Assembly (NCBI RefSeq): GCF_028694895.1
Contig: NZ_JAQVKA010000002.1
Span: 2,963 to 66,962 of the forward strand
Length of the DNA stretch: 64,000 nucleotides
Source of the DNA: Sulfurimonas sp.
GTDB lineage: Bacteria; Campylobacterota; Campylobacteria; Campylobacterales; Sulfurimonadaceae
Reading direction: 5' to 3'
Each line of letters opens with the position of its first letter. Position 1 is the stretch's first letter. Shown one piece after another: positions 1-9,460 of this stretch. The notes under the pieces are model-generated. The model was given only the letters and a program-made list of their open reading frames with translations. It ran no database searches and was not told the DNA's origin. A program made the translations under genes and the position numbers.

Positions 1-735
1 TTCGCTGTGGATATTCATGGTGGTGGAGCTGATCTGCTTTTTCCTCACCATGAAAACGAAGCGGCACAAACTAGATGTGGAACTAACCACGCATTAGCTG
101 CGTATTGGATGCATAACGGTTTTGTTAACATTGATGGTCAAAAAATGAGTAAGAGTTTAGGAAACAGTTTTTTTCTAAAGGACGCTCTAAAAATATATGA
201 TGGAGAGGTTTTACGTTTTTATCTCCTTAGCACTCACTATAGAAGTAACTTTAACTTTAACGAAGAAGATTTAGCAACTGCAAAAAAACGCCTTGATAAA
301 ATCTACCGACTTAAAAAAAGACTCTTTGATATGACTCATGAGGATGAAAAAACAGATTTTCAAGAAGAGTTACTAGCGGCTCTTAATGATGACCTTAATA
401 TCTCTGCATCACTAGCTCTCATTGATGAGATGATAACTCGTGCAAATGAGACACTAGATACTCCAGGCAAACATAAAGAGCTAAAACGCGAAACTCTCTC
501 AAACCTCGCTTATATAAAAAAGCTACTTGGTTTTGGCGTTAAAAATCCTTATGAGCACTTTCAATTTGGTGTTGATGAAGAGATAAAAGAAGAGATAAAA
601 GCACTTATACAAAAAAGAGATGAGGCAAAGAAAGTAAAGGATTTTGCAGCTTCTGATGCATTAAGAGATGAGATTTTAGCTTATGGAGTAAACCTTATGG
701 ATACTCCACATGGGAGTTTTTGGGAGAAGATATAA
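1..735 (+). CDS. cysS: cysteine--tRNA ligase, C-terminal part (5' end lies outside the window)
   Basis: Reading frame is open from the window edge. Has a class I aaRS KMSKS loop (QKMSKSLGN) preceded by FPHHENE, then an anticodon-binding-like C-terminal region. Confidence 0.9.
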   Translation, partial: FAVDIHGGGADLLFPHHENEAAQTRCGTNHALAAYWMHNGFVNIDGQKMSKSLGNSFFLKDALKIYDGEVLRFYLLSTHYRSNFNFNEEDLATAKKRLDKIYRLKKRLFDMTHEDEKTDFQEELLAALNDDLNISASLALIDEMITRANETLDTPGKHKELKRETLSNLAYIKKLLGFGVKNPYEHFQFGVDEEIKEEIKALIQKRDEAKKVKDFAASDALRDEILAYGVNLMDTPHGSFWEKI

Positions 736-739
736 AAAT

Positions 740-1996
740 TTATGGATTTTTTATCCTATTTTTATATCCCGTATTAATTCTAAGACGAAGCCCTAAATGG
801 TAAGCGTATGTTATAGCTTTTTTTAGCAGATACGCGCTATATCCTTTTACTTTTATCACACCAAAGAGTTCCCCACTTGCCCAGCGTCCTCCAAGAGCGA
901 TAAAGACTCCAAGAACTTTAGCGTCAAATGGTTTTATGCTTTTATTGTCAATTCTTTTACGGATAGATTCTGCGACATACTCAGCACTTCTCTCAGCAGT
1001 TTGAGCTGTTGGAGGTAGCATACAACCTGAACCATCACGTATCTCTACACAATCACCAATGGCAAATACATTCTTTTTTTCTCCAATATTTAGCATCTTG
1101 TCTGGAATGAATTGAGAAATTCTATTTTTTTGCACATCAACAGTATCATTCAAATCAGATGCCTTTATACCACCTGTAAATATCATAAAGTGGTACTTTA
1201 GAGCATCTTGATCTTTAAAATAGATAAAATCTTCATCCATTCTCTGTATAAAAGCGTTTGTTAAAATATTTACTCCCAAAGCTTCTAGTCTTTTGTGCGT
1301 ACTCTTTATCAAAAAGTCACTCATCCCCGGTAAGATAGTCTTGCTTGCGTCTATTAGATGTATCTTTATACTATTTACACTACAGCCTATCGTCTTTTTA
1401 TAGACCTCTAATACCTTTGCCATCTCAGCTGCAACTTCAACACCACTAAGCCCTGCTCCACCAATTGCAAGATTTATCTCTTGCATCTCTTCGTTTTGTA
1501 ATTTTTTATATATTAGGTTTGCAAACTCTACTCTAAAGTTATGCGCTCTATCAAGGCTTTTAACACCAAAACTATGTTCTCTTAATCCCTCTATAAAAGA
1601 GAAAAAGTTTGTTTTAGCACCTGTTGCTATTATGAGATAATCATAAGATATTACTCCATTACACACTTCAACACTTTGTGATTCAAAATCAATATTTTTT
1701 GCACTATCGCAAACAAATGTAACCTTTTTCTTAAAACCACCACACCAATCTTGCAAATCAATAACAACATCATGCAGATCAAATCTACCAGCTATATACC
1801 CATAGGCTTCGGTTTGTAGGTAGTGATATGGGTGTTTATCAATCAGTGTTACATCAATGTCACTCTGCTGCGCTAAAAACTCTATAGCGCGAAGTCCACC
1901 ATAACCACCGCCAATAACAACTACTCTTTTGTTCAAATTTTGCCTTTTATTCAATAAATAGTTAAAATTATACAATTTATAAGAGTTATTAATCAA
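740..1996 (-). CDS. ndh: type II NADH:quinone oxidoreductase / FAD-dependent pyridine nucleotide-disulfide oxidoreductase
   Basis: 418 aa. N-terminal dinucleotide-binding motif VVVIGGGYGG and a second Rossmann motif IGGAGLSGVE. Length and layout match NDH-2. Confidence 0.75.
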   Translation of the reverse strand: MINNSYKLYNFNYLLNKRQNLNKRVVVIGGGYGGLRAIEFLAQQSDIDVTLIDKHPYHYLQTEAYGYIAGRFDLHDVVIDLQDWCGGFKKKVTFVCDSAKNIDFESQSVEVCNGVISYDYLIIATGAKTNFFSFIEGLREHSFGVKSLDRAHNFRVEFANLIYKKLQNEEMQEINLAIGGAGLSGVEVAAEMAKVLEVYKKTIGCSVNSIKIHLIDASKTILPGMSDFLIKSTHKRLEALGVNILTNAFIQRMDEDFIYFKDQDALKYHFMIFTGGIKASDLNDTVDVQKNRISQFIPDKMLNIGEKKNVFAIGDCVEIRDGSGCMLPPTAQTAERSAEYVAESIRKRIDNKSIKPFDAKVLGVFIALGGRWASGELFGVIKVKGYSAYLLKKAITYAYHLGLRLRINTGYKNRIKNP

Positions 1997-2012
1997 AAAC
2001 TATTGGATAAAA

Positions 2013-2924
2013 ATGAGTATTGAAGAGTTAAGAATTTTACTAAGAGAAAGCTCAAAAGATGTGAGTGAGGAGTTTAAGAGACTTTTTCATGGCAGAGGTG
2101 GAATTTATGATGGGTTTAAGTACCTAACAATCGACTCTATTGATGAAGTACTAAGTGTTGCTCTTTTTATTAAAGATGAGGCTGAAGAAGAACTTCTTTT
2201 GATGCTAAAAGAATTTATAACCACCTCCAGATATAAAACTTTGGTAGTGCAAAGACGTTATGAAAAAGGCTCTGTTGGTGAGGTTTTAATAGGTGAACTT
2301 GATGAGAATCTTTATGCGCTTGAGAATGGAATGAAGTTCAAACTAAATCTTCTCTCAAATCAAAACAGTTACTACTTTGCAGATATGAAAAATGGCAGAG
2401 CATTTGTGAGAGAAAACGCTAAGGATAAAAAAGTGTTAAATCTCTTTAGTTATACATGCGCATTTAGCGTGGCAGCAAAACTAGGGGGCGCACAAAGCGT
2501 TTCAAACATAGACATGAGCAAAGCATCTTTATCCATCGGTGAAGCAAATCATCATCTAAATAAAATAGAGCCAAGAGGTGTTAGTTATCTACCACACAAC
2601 ATACTAAAATCATTCTCAAAAATAAAACAAAACTCTCCATACGACCTCATCATCATAGATCCACCGACCTTCCAGAGAGGCAGTTTTGAAGCGAGCAAAG
2701 ATTATGAAAAGATTGTAAAAAAACTCTCTCAAATCGCCTCAGATGATTGCTTGGTATTAGCATGCCTAAACTCAACTGAGCTAGATTGTGAGTTTGTTAT
2801 CAACCTCTTTAAAGAGTTCGCACCTGAGTTTAGCTTTGTAAGAAGGCTTGATAACGTAAAAGAATTTGCAAATTTTGATGAGCAAAAATCTCTTAAAAAC
2901 CTTCTATTTTATCATACACACTAA
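2013..2924 (+). CDS. class I SAM-dependent methyltransferase (RlmI/YwbD-like, COG1092 type)
   Basis: 303 aa. Has the DLIIIDPPTF motif typical of this methyltransferase group. The N-terminal half resembles the RNA-binding region of such enzymes. Confidence 0.7.
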   Translation: MSIEELRILLRESSKDVSEEFKRLFHGRGGIYDGFKYLTIDSIDEVLSVALFIKDEAEEELLLMLKEFITTSRYKTLVVQRRYEKGSVGEVLIGELDENLYALENGMKFKLNLLSNQNSYYFADMKNGRAFVRENAKDKKVLNLFSYTCAFSVAAKLGGAQSVSNIDMSKASLSIGEANHHLNKIEPRGVSYLPHNILKSFSKIKQNSPYDLIIIDPPTFQRGSFEASKDYEKIVKKLSQIASDDCLVLACLNSTELDCEFVINLFKEFAPEFSFVRRLDNVKEFANFDEQKSLKNLLFYHTH

Positions 2925-3001
2925 AACGAACTCGTCCGTTTTAGTGGGAGGGACAAATGTCCCTTCCAACCCCCTGAAGCTACGAAAAACTTTGTTTTTC
3001 G
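2921..3001. terminator. three consecutive hairpins in a convergent intergenic region
   Basis: CTAAAACG-n8-CGTTTTAG (2921-2944, includes the stop codon). GGGAGGGAC-loop-GTCCCTTCC (2946-2967, unusually GC-rich for this window). CGAAAAAC-ttt-GTTTTTCG (2983-3001). Confidence 0.5.
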
Positions 3002-3044
3002 AGAAATAAATTTACACTACTTTATACAAAAAAATAGCGTAAAT

Positions 3045-3602
3045 TTATTGACAGTAAGTTGCCAGAAGTCCGCTCTTTACCTCTTGATACTTCTCTTTGC
3101 CTGCAAGCTTTTTAACTATTTGCAGACCAAAACAGATAGCTGTAGCAGGTCCGCGTGATGTCATAACATTAGCATCTTCGACAACCATCTCTTTATCGCT
3201 AAAGCCATCTTCTCTTATCTCTTTTTCAATCGTTGGATAACATGTATAGTTATGCTTGAGAACTCCAGCACTGTGAAGTGCTAGCGGTGCTGCACAAATT
3301 GCACCTATTAATTTTTTATCCTTGTCCATAGTTTTGAGGATTTTTTGAACATTTTCATCATCTTTTAGGGCCAAAGTTCCCTCCCATCCTCCAGGAAGAA
3401 CTATCATATCAAGAGTAGATACATCAACACTCTTTATCTCTACATCAGCTAAAACGTTAACGCCGTGTGCACCCTTAACCTCTTTTTTGCTACCAAGGGA
3501 AGCCATGATAACTTCAATCCCGCCTCGTCTTAAAACATCTATGATATTAATCGCCTCTATCTCTTCAAATCCATCTGCTAGAGGTACTAAAACTTTACTC
3601 AT
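3045..3602 (-). CDS. DJ-1/PfpI family protein
   Basis: 185 aa. Nucleophile-elbow motif GAICAAP and the overall DJ-1/ThiJ pattern (LVPLADGFEEIEA...). Confidence 0.85.
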   Translation of the reverse strand: MSKVLVPLADGFEEIEAINIIDVLRRGGIEVIMASLGSKKEVKGAHGVNVLADVEIKSVDVSTLDMIVLPGGWEGTLALKDDENVQKILKTMDKDKKLIGAICAAPLALHSAGVLKHNYTCYPTIEKEIREDGFSDKEMVVEDANVMTSRGPATAICFGLQIVKKLAGKEKYQEVKSGLLATYCQ

Positions 3603-3616
3603 AATTTCTCCTTTTT

Positions 3617-4552
3617 TTATTTAAATATCTCTATAAATTTATTTATCAATTTAGAATCTAAATAATCCTTCATTTGAAGTTTCATCAGCTTTAGGGCATC
3701 AAAAGTAAGCATAGCATCTCTATATGTTCTTTTGCTTGTTATTGCGTTAAAAATGCTACATATGCTTATAATACGAGCATAAAGAGGAATATCTTCTTCT
3801 TTAAGTCCGCAAGGATAACCACTCCCATCAATCTTTTCATGATGATATATTATACCAGCTAGAATATTTTCATTTTTTATACCAATTTTTTTTGCCATCT
3901 CATACCCAAAGAGAGCGTGTTTCTTTACCTCTTCAAACTCTTTTTTTGTTAACTTTGTATTTTTATCTATAATATTAGAATCAATTTTAATTTTTCCTAT
4001 ATCATGCAACATTGCAGATTCACCAAGTTCATGAAGTTCATCTTTGCCAAGTCCAATGCAAGTACCTAGACACAAAGAGTAAATAGCCACATTTAAAGAG
4101 TGCGTATGGACATAGTATTCACTTGTTGCTTCACTCATCAACGACTTTACTCTAAACTTTTCATCTGCTACTGTTCCAACAATATCACCTACTATTTTTT
4201 TGATGCAATCATAGTTAGTAATGTCTTCTGGATTGTCAAAGAACTCAAGTAACTTTTCTGAAGCGTTCTTGTATAATATTTTAGATTCTGCTTCAAAACT
4301 AACGTTCTTACTTTTAACTATAGAATTAAGATATGTTTTATAGTATTTTTTATACTCAATATACTCAGAATCAACTACAAAGATCAATTCTGCATTTTGT
4401 AACTCTGTTTTGTTCTCGCAAGCTATAACAAAACCCTTACTTATACAACACTTTATATCTGTTTTAGACTCTAACGAAAAAAAGATATCAAAATCATAAT
4501 AAAGACCTTCTTTAATGATGTTTTTATCAATTGAAATATACTTACTTGACAT
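3617..4552 (-). CDS. HD-GYP domain protein (putative cyclic-di-GMP phosphodiesterase) with an uncharacterised N-terminal domain
   Basis: 311 aa. HDIGK and HHEKIDGSGYP motifs in the C-terminal half. Confidence 0.8.
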   Translation of the reverse strand: MSSKYISIDKNIIKEGLYYDFDIFFSLESKTDIKCCISKGFVIACENKTELQNAELIFVVDSEYIEYKKYYKTYLNSIVKSKNVSFEAESKILYKNASEKLLEFFDNPEDITNYDCIKKIVGDIVGTVADEKFRVKSLMSEATSEYYVHTHSLNVAIYSLCLGTCIGLGKDELHELGESAMLHDIGKIKIDSNIIDKNTKLTKKEFEEVKKHALFGYEMAKKIGIKNENILAGIIYHHEKIDGSGYPCGLKEEDIPLYARIISICSIFNAITSKRTYRDAMLTFDALKLMKLQMKDYLDSKLINKFIEIFK

Positions 4553-4681
4553 TATTATTTACCCAATTTATCATATAGATTTGTATTTTAAAAAATTATA
4601 CATTCCCTTACTTTAATAACTCTTTTATACAAGAGCCAATTATCTCACTTTATACTTTTTTGGTTACATTTATAACTAAAG

Positions 4682-4690
4682 TGTTATAAT
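4682..4690 (+). promoter_or_regulatory. extended -10 promoter candidate (TGTTATAAT) for the 4716-10035 operon
   Basis: TGnTATAAT match about 26 nt upstream of the TTG start. GGAG ribosome-binding site at 4706-4709. Confidence 0.4.
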
Positions 4691-4715
4691 TTGGCTTAAA
4701 TTAATAGGAGAAATT

Positions 4716-5582
4716 TTGGTAGAGATTTTTAAATTATTTAGAGTCCATCAATATATAAAGAACCTTTTTATATTTATGCCACTGCTCTTTTCGTTCTCTT
4801 ACATGGACGCTCACGACAACATCTATACTCTTATAACATTTGTTCTTTTTTCTCTTCTAGCAAGTAGCGTTTATATCTTTAACGACCTTATGGATATAAA
4901 TGAAGATAGAGCCCATCCAACTAAAAAATATCGCCCAATTGCAAGTGGAGCAGTCTCAACAAAGAGAGCAAAATCACTTATATTAGTATTATCACTCACA
5001 TCTTTATCTCTATCGCTTGTACTTAGTTTTAAGCTTTTTATTGTTCTTTTAATCTACTTTATTTTAAATATTTCATACTCAACAAAACTAAAACATATTG
5101 CTATTTTAGATATATTTATAATCGCTACAGGCTTTGTTTTGAGACTCTTTGCGGGTTCTGTTGTAACAGACATAAACCTCTCTATGTGGATTATCCTTAT
5201 GACTTTTCTTCTTGCTATATTTTTAGCTTTAGCAAAAAGAAGAGATGACGTGCTCCTTTCCCTTGAGGGTCAAGAGACTAGAAAAAACATAGATGGATAT
5301 AACCTTGAGTTTGTAAATGCGGCTATGGTTCTTATGGCTGGTGTTGTGGTTGTTAGCTACATACAGTACACAATTTCTCCTGAGGTAATTGAGCGAATCG
5401 GAACAGAGTATCTCTATCTAACCTCATTTTTTGTAGTCCTTGGCATACTTAGATATATGCAGATAACTTTTGTAGAACAAGATAGCGGTAGTCCGAGTAA
5501 AATCGTAATAAAAGATACTTTTTTAAAAGTCACTATACTCTTTTGGCTCATTAGCTTTTTGGTAGTTACAAAACTTATATGA
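4716..5582 (+). CDS. UbiA-family polyprenyl-phosphate phosphoribosyltransferase (decaprenyl-phosphate 5-phosphoribosyltransferase-like)
   Basis: 288 aa polytopic membrane protein with a TTG start. The Asp-rich motif NDLMDINEDRAHPTKKYRPIASG is characteristic of the DPPR synthase (Rv3806c-type) branch of the UbiA family. Confidence 0.8.
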   Translation: MVEIFKLFRVHQYIKNLFIFMPLLFSFSYMDAHDNIYTLITFVLFSLLASSVYIFNDLMDINEDRAHPTKKYRPIASGAVSTKRAKSLILVLSLTSLSLSLVLSFKLFIVLLIYFILNISYSTKLKHIAILDIFIIATGFVLRLFAGSVVTDINLSMWIILMTFLLAIFLALAKRRDDVLLSLEGQETRKNIDGYNLEFVNAAMVLMAGVVVVSYIQYTISPEVIERIGTEYLYLTSFFVVLGILRYMQITFVEQDSGSPSKIVIKDTFLKVTILFWLISFLVVTKLI

Positions 5583-5968
5583 TTGCACTTAGATATATAC
5601 TATTTGCAGTTCTCTCAACTGCGCTAAATATACTTTTTCAGTACCTTAGCTTTATGCTCTACGGTGGCTTTTTATCGCTCTATGTTGCAATGTTTATCGG
5701 TACTGTCGCTGGTTTAGTTTTAAAATATATATTAGATAAAAAGTACATCTTTTTTCACACACCAAAGAGCAAACGTGATGATGGACGGAAGTTTTTTCTA
5801 TACTCTTTGATGGGACTCTTTACAACTTTTATCTTTTGGGGTTTTGAGATCAGCTTTGATGCTCTGTTTGTGAATGAAAATGCAAAATACATAGGTGCTG
5901 TTATAGGCCTTAGCATCGGATACGTTGTAAAGTATTTTCTAGATAAAAAATTTGTCTTTAAGGATTAG
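5579..5968 (+). CDS. GtrA family membrane protein
   Basis: 129 aa with four predicted TM helices and the C-terminal KY(F/I)LDKK(F/Y)(V/I)F repeat typical of GtrA-like proteins. ATGA overlap with the upstream gene. Confidence 0.7.
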   Translation: MIALRYILFAVLSTALNILFQYLSFMLYGGFLSLYVAMFIGTVAGLVLKYILDKKYIFFHTPKSKRDDGRKFFLYSLMGLFTTFIFWGFEISFDALFVNENAKYIGAVIGLSIGYVVKYFLDKKFVFKD

Positions 5969-5970
5969 TT

Positions 5971-7263
5971 ATGAGTCTGCTTAGTTGGGGAATGTTTCCA
6001 AACATACAAAACAAAATATTTACTCTTCGAGATGAGAAAAGCCTCTCTTCATACATAAAAGAGACAGATGAGTTTATACCTTATGGAAATGGCAGAAGCT
6101 ATGGAGATAGTGCACTGAACGACAATATCATCTACGCAAAACCTTACAACAATTTTTTATCTTTTGATGATAAAAAAGGGATATTGCATGCTCAAGCTGG
6201 TGTACTTCTAAGCGAGATACTAGAAGCCTTTGTTAGTCGTGGATGGTTTTTAAAAGTAACTCCTGGAACAAAACTTATAACTTTAGGCGGAGCGATTGCT
6301 AGTGATGTTCATGGTAAAAATCATCATGTTGAAGGCTGTTTTAGTGAGTGCGTTGAAGAGTTTACTATCATGGGTGTTGATGGCAAAATAAAGAGCTGTA
6401 AAAGAGGCGATGAGCTGTTTTTAGCTACATGTGGCGGCATGGGTTTAACTGGCGTAATACTAAGTGCAAAGATATCGCTAAAGAAGATAAACTCTAAAAA
6501 TATAAATCAAACAACTATCAAGACAAAAAACTTAAAAGAGACATTTGAAGCGTTTGAAAATAATAAGGAAAAGCCCTATTCTGTGGCTTGGATAGACTGT
6601 TTAGCCAAGGATAAAGATATTGGAAAATGTCTGCTTATGGTTGGAGATTTTGCAGATGATGGCAACTTAGAGTATAAAAGTAAAAAGAAGCTAACCATTC
6701 CATTTAACTTCCCCTCATTTGCGCTAAATACACTAAGCGTAAAGGCGTTTAACTATCTTTACTACGCAAAGGCAAAAGATGGTATCTCAAAGCAAAAAGT
6801 AGATATCGATACTTTTTTCTATCCACTTGATGCCATTGGAGATTGGAATAAAATCTATGGAAGTGGTGGGTTTACACAGTATCAGTTTATACTTCCTAAA
6901 GAGCAGAGTTACAAGGGTTTAAAAGAGATACTTACTAAGATTTCCGCTTCAGGAAAAGGCTCATTTTTGGCTGTTTTAAAACTTTATGGCAAAGAGAATA
7001 AAAACTACCTCTCATTTCCTCTTGAAGGCTACTCTTTAGCACTTGATTTTAAGATAGAGCGCGGGCTATTTGAGCTTTTAGATGCGCTTGATGAAGTAGT
7101 TATAAGACACGGTGGAAGAATCTACCTCACAAAAGATGTGCGTGTAAGTAAAGAGACATTTGAGAAAGGTTATCCTCAAATAGAGAAGTTTAGAGCATAC
7201 AGAAAAGAGCATAAAATGGATAAAAAATTAAATTCACTACAATCAAAAAGGGTTCAAATATGA
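5971..7263 (+). CDS. FAD-binding oxidoreductase, DprE1-like (polyprenyl-phospho-ribose 2'-oxidase-like)
   Basis: 430 aa. FAD-linked oxidase motifs GNGRSYGDSAL and GGAIASDVHGKNHH. Sits in the operon between the UbiA-type transferase and an SDR. Confidence 0.75.
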   Translation: MSLLSWGMFPNIQNKIFTLRDEKSLSSYIKETDEFIPYGNGRSYGDSALNDNIIYAKPYNNFLSFDDKKGILHAQAGVLLSEILEAFVSRGWFLKVTPGTKLITLGGAIASDVHGKNHHVEGCFSECVEEFTIMGVDGKIKSCKRGDELFLATCGGMGLTGVILSAKISLKKINSKNINQTTIKTKNLKETFEAFENNKEKPYSVAWIDCLAKDKDIGKCLLMVGDFADDGNLEYKSKKKLTIPFNFPSFALNTLSVKAFNYLYYAKAKDGISKQKVDIDTFFYPLDAIGDWNKIYGSGGFTQYQFILPKEQSYKGLKEILTKISASGKGSFLAVLKLYGKENKNYLSFPLEGYSLALDFKIERGLFELLDALDEVVIRHGGRIYLTKDVRVSKETFEKGYPQIEKFRAYRKEHKMDKKLNSLQSKRVQI

Positions 7264-7991
7264 GTTATGTTTTAATACTAGGCGCAAAAGGCGACATGGC
7301 AAAAGAGTTAGCACGTGTATATGCAAAAAATGGTTACAACCTCTACTTAGCGGCAAGAGAGGCTTCAACCCTAGAGGATTTAAAACAAGACATTGAAGTA
7401 AGAAGTGGAGTTGATGTTGAGCTAGTAGAGTTTGATATAACTGCCTTTGAGACTCATGAGAAGTTTTACACTTCACTAAAGAAGAGACCTCTTGGCGTAA
7501 TAGTTGTAGCTGGTTTTATGTGTGAGCAAAAAGTAGCGCAAAATGACTGGAGCAAGACGCTACAAACCATAAACGTAAACTACACAGGCGCACTTAGTAT
7601 CTTAAATATAGTTGCAAATGATTTTGAAAAAGAGAGACACGGTTTTATAGTTGGAATCAGTTCAGTTGCAGGTGATAGAGGAAGAAAAACAAACTATATC
7701 TATGGAAGTGCAAAAGCTGGTTTTTCTGCGTATTTGAGTGGTTTAAGAAACAGACTTTATGAGAGTGGCGTGAGTGTTTTAACTGTAAAACCAGGATTTG
7801 TAAATACAAAAATGACTGAATCACTTGATTTGCCTAAAAACCTAACAGCACAGCCAGAGGACGTGGCTGAAGATATATTTAAAGCACAACAGCGTGGGCG
7901 AAACATCATATATACAAAGTCTATCTGGATGTTTATTATGCTCATAATCAAGCATATCCCAGAGTTCATATTTAAGAAAATGAGCATATGA
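7260..7991 (+). CDS. short-chain dehydrogenase/reductase, DprE2-like
   Basis: 243 aa. Glycine-rich cofactor site ILGAKGDMAKE and catalytic YGSAK (YxxxK). 4-nt overlap with the upstream DprE1-like gene. Confidence 0.7.
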   Translation: MSYVLILGAKGDMAKELARVYAKNGYNLYLAAREASTLEDLKQDIEVRSGVDVELVEFDITAFETHEKFYTSLKKRPLGVIVVAGFMCEQKVAQNDWSKTLQTINVNYTGALSILNIVANDFEKERHGFIVGISSVAGDRGRKTNYIYGSAKAGFSAYLSGLRNRLYESGVSVLTVKPGFVNTKMTESLDLPKNLTAQPEDVAEDIFKAQQRGRNIIYTKSIWMFIMLIIKHIPEFIFKKMSI

Positions 7992-9460
7992 TTAGAAGTT
8001 ATCAAAAAGAGCTCCTTTGGCTCTTTAGTATCTTTATCTTTAAGATAGCCATTCTTATCATGTTGCCTCTTACGGGCGATGAAGCCTACTTTATAAAGTG
8101 GGGTAACAATTTATCCTTTGGCTATTATGATCACCCTCCAATGGTTGGCTGGATAATATATCTGATGAGCTTCCTTAGCGATTCGCATATCTTCTTTAGA
8201 CTCTTTGCAGTCGTTACAACTTTTGTAACTGCTTATGTTATCTATAAAATAGCCCTACTCTACCATGTACAAAAGCATAAAGCCGCTCTTGTCTCATTTA
8301 TCTTCTTAGCTTCTCCTATCGATGTGCTGCTGGTACTTATGACAAACGATGTAGCCCTACTTTTCTTTAGCTCGCTTGGAACTCTTTTCTTTTTATACTC
8401 ACTAGAGAGAGGACGTTTATCTTACGCTATCTTGGCTGGTCTTTTTTTAGGAGCTGCATTTTTAAGTAAATATTTCGCTGTTTTTTTAATGATATCTCTA
8501 CTTCTTTTCTCGTTTTATATATATGGTCGCAAAGCCCTAAAGAGCGTACTTATCGTCGCATTTATCGTCTCTGTTTTCATTGCTCAAAACCTCTACTTTA
8601 ACTATAACAGTTGCTGGAATAACATACTCTTTAATTTCTTTGCAAGAACACAGAGTAGTAGCTATAACATCGGCTCTGTCTTAGGATATTTTGGACTTAT
8701 TTTATATATACTAACCCCTTGGGGACTCTACTATTTGTACAAAACAAAGTTTAGTAAAAACAATCTTTTAAAGCTTCTTATATCAATACTAAGCGTTGCA
8801 TTTTTTATCTTTTTTATAGTCTCTTTAAAGAACAATATAGGCCTTCACTGGTTTTTGATATTTGTACCATATATCTTTTTGCTCTTTACTTTTATGGATG
8901 ATAAGCATCTAAAAAAACTACTCAAATATAATGTTATATTTACCTCTGTTCATATTATTATCTTGATGAGTATTTTAAACACTCCTCCATCACTTCTTAG
9001 CGAGCATAAAAAATACTCTGACATTGTTATGTATACCCAGCCAGAGGTTTTATGTAAAAAGCTTGAAATCTTTGATGATGAGAAGATTTTTACACTTGGT
9101 TACTCAACTGCGTCTCTTCTTTCTCACTACTGCAAAAGAGAGGTATATACCATCTTTAACAACTCAAAATACGGACGTATGGATGATAAACTCTTAGATG
9201 TAAGAACTCTAGAGGGCAAAGATATCACCATCTTTAACAAAAGCCCTATAAAAAAAGAGCAACTACAAAGTGTATGTTCTTCATCTGAACTTAGCAGTTT
9301 CGAGCTAAATGATGCAACTTTTTACACTGCAAAATGTAGAGATTTCAACTATGATGAGTATAAAAAACTATATCTTGAGTATCAAAATAAGCACTTTTAC
9401 AACATCCCTTCGTGGCTTCCACTTGGGAAATGCTACTTTAAAGAGAGGTATTTTAATTGA
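7988..9460 (+). CDS. GT-C fold glycosyltransferase (ArnT/PMT family 39/83-like), polyprenyl-phosphate-sugar dependent
   Basis: 490 aa. About 10 or more TM helices followed by a soluble C-terminal domain. N-terminal loop motif GDEAYF, typical of the ArnT/PMT catalytic Asp-Glu. Confidence 0.7.
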   Translation: MIRSYQKELLWLFSIFIFKIAILIMLPLTGDEAYFIKWGNNLSFGYYDHPPMVGWIIYLMSFLSDSHIFFRLFAVVTTFVTAYVIYKIALLYHVQKHKAALVSFIFLASPIDVLLVLMTNDVALLFFSSLGTLFFLYSLERGRLSYAILAGLFLGAAFLSKYFAVFLMISLLLFSFYIYGRKALKSVLIVAFIVSVFIAQNLYFNYNSCWNNILFNFFARTQSSSYNIGSVLGYFGLILYILTPWGLYYLYKTKFSKNNLLKLLISILSVAFFIFFIVSLKNNIGLHWFLIFVPYIFLLFTFMDDKHLKKLLKYNVIFTSVHIIILMSILNTPPSLLSEHKKYSDIVMYTQPEVLCKKLEIFDDEKIFTLGYSTASLLSHYCKREVYTIFNNSKYGRMDDKLLDVRTLEGKDITIFNKSPIKKEQLQSVCSSSELSSFELNDATFYTAKCRDFNYDEYKKLYLEYQNKHFYNIPSWLPLGKCYFKERYFN

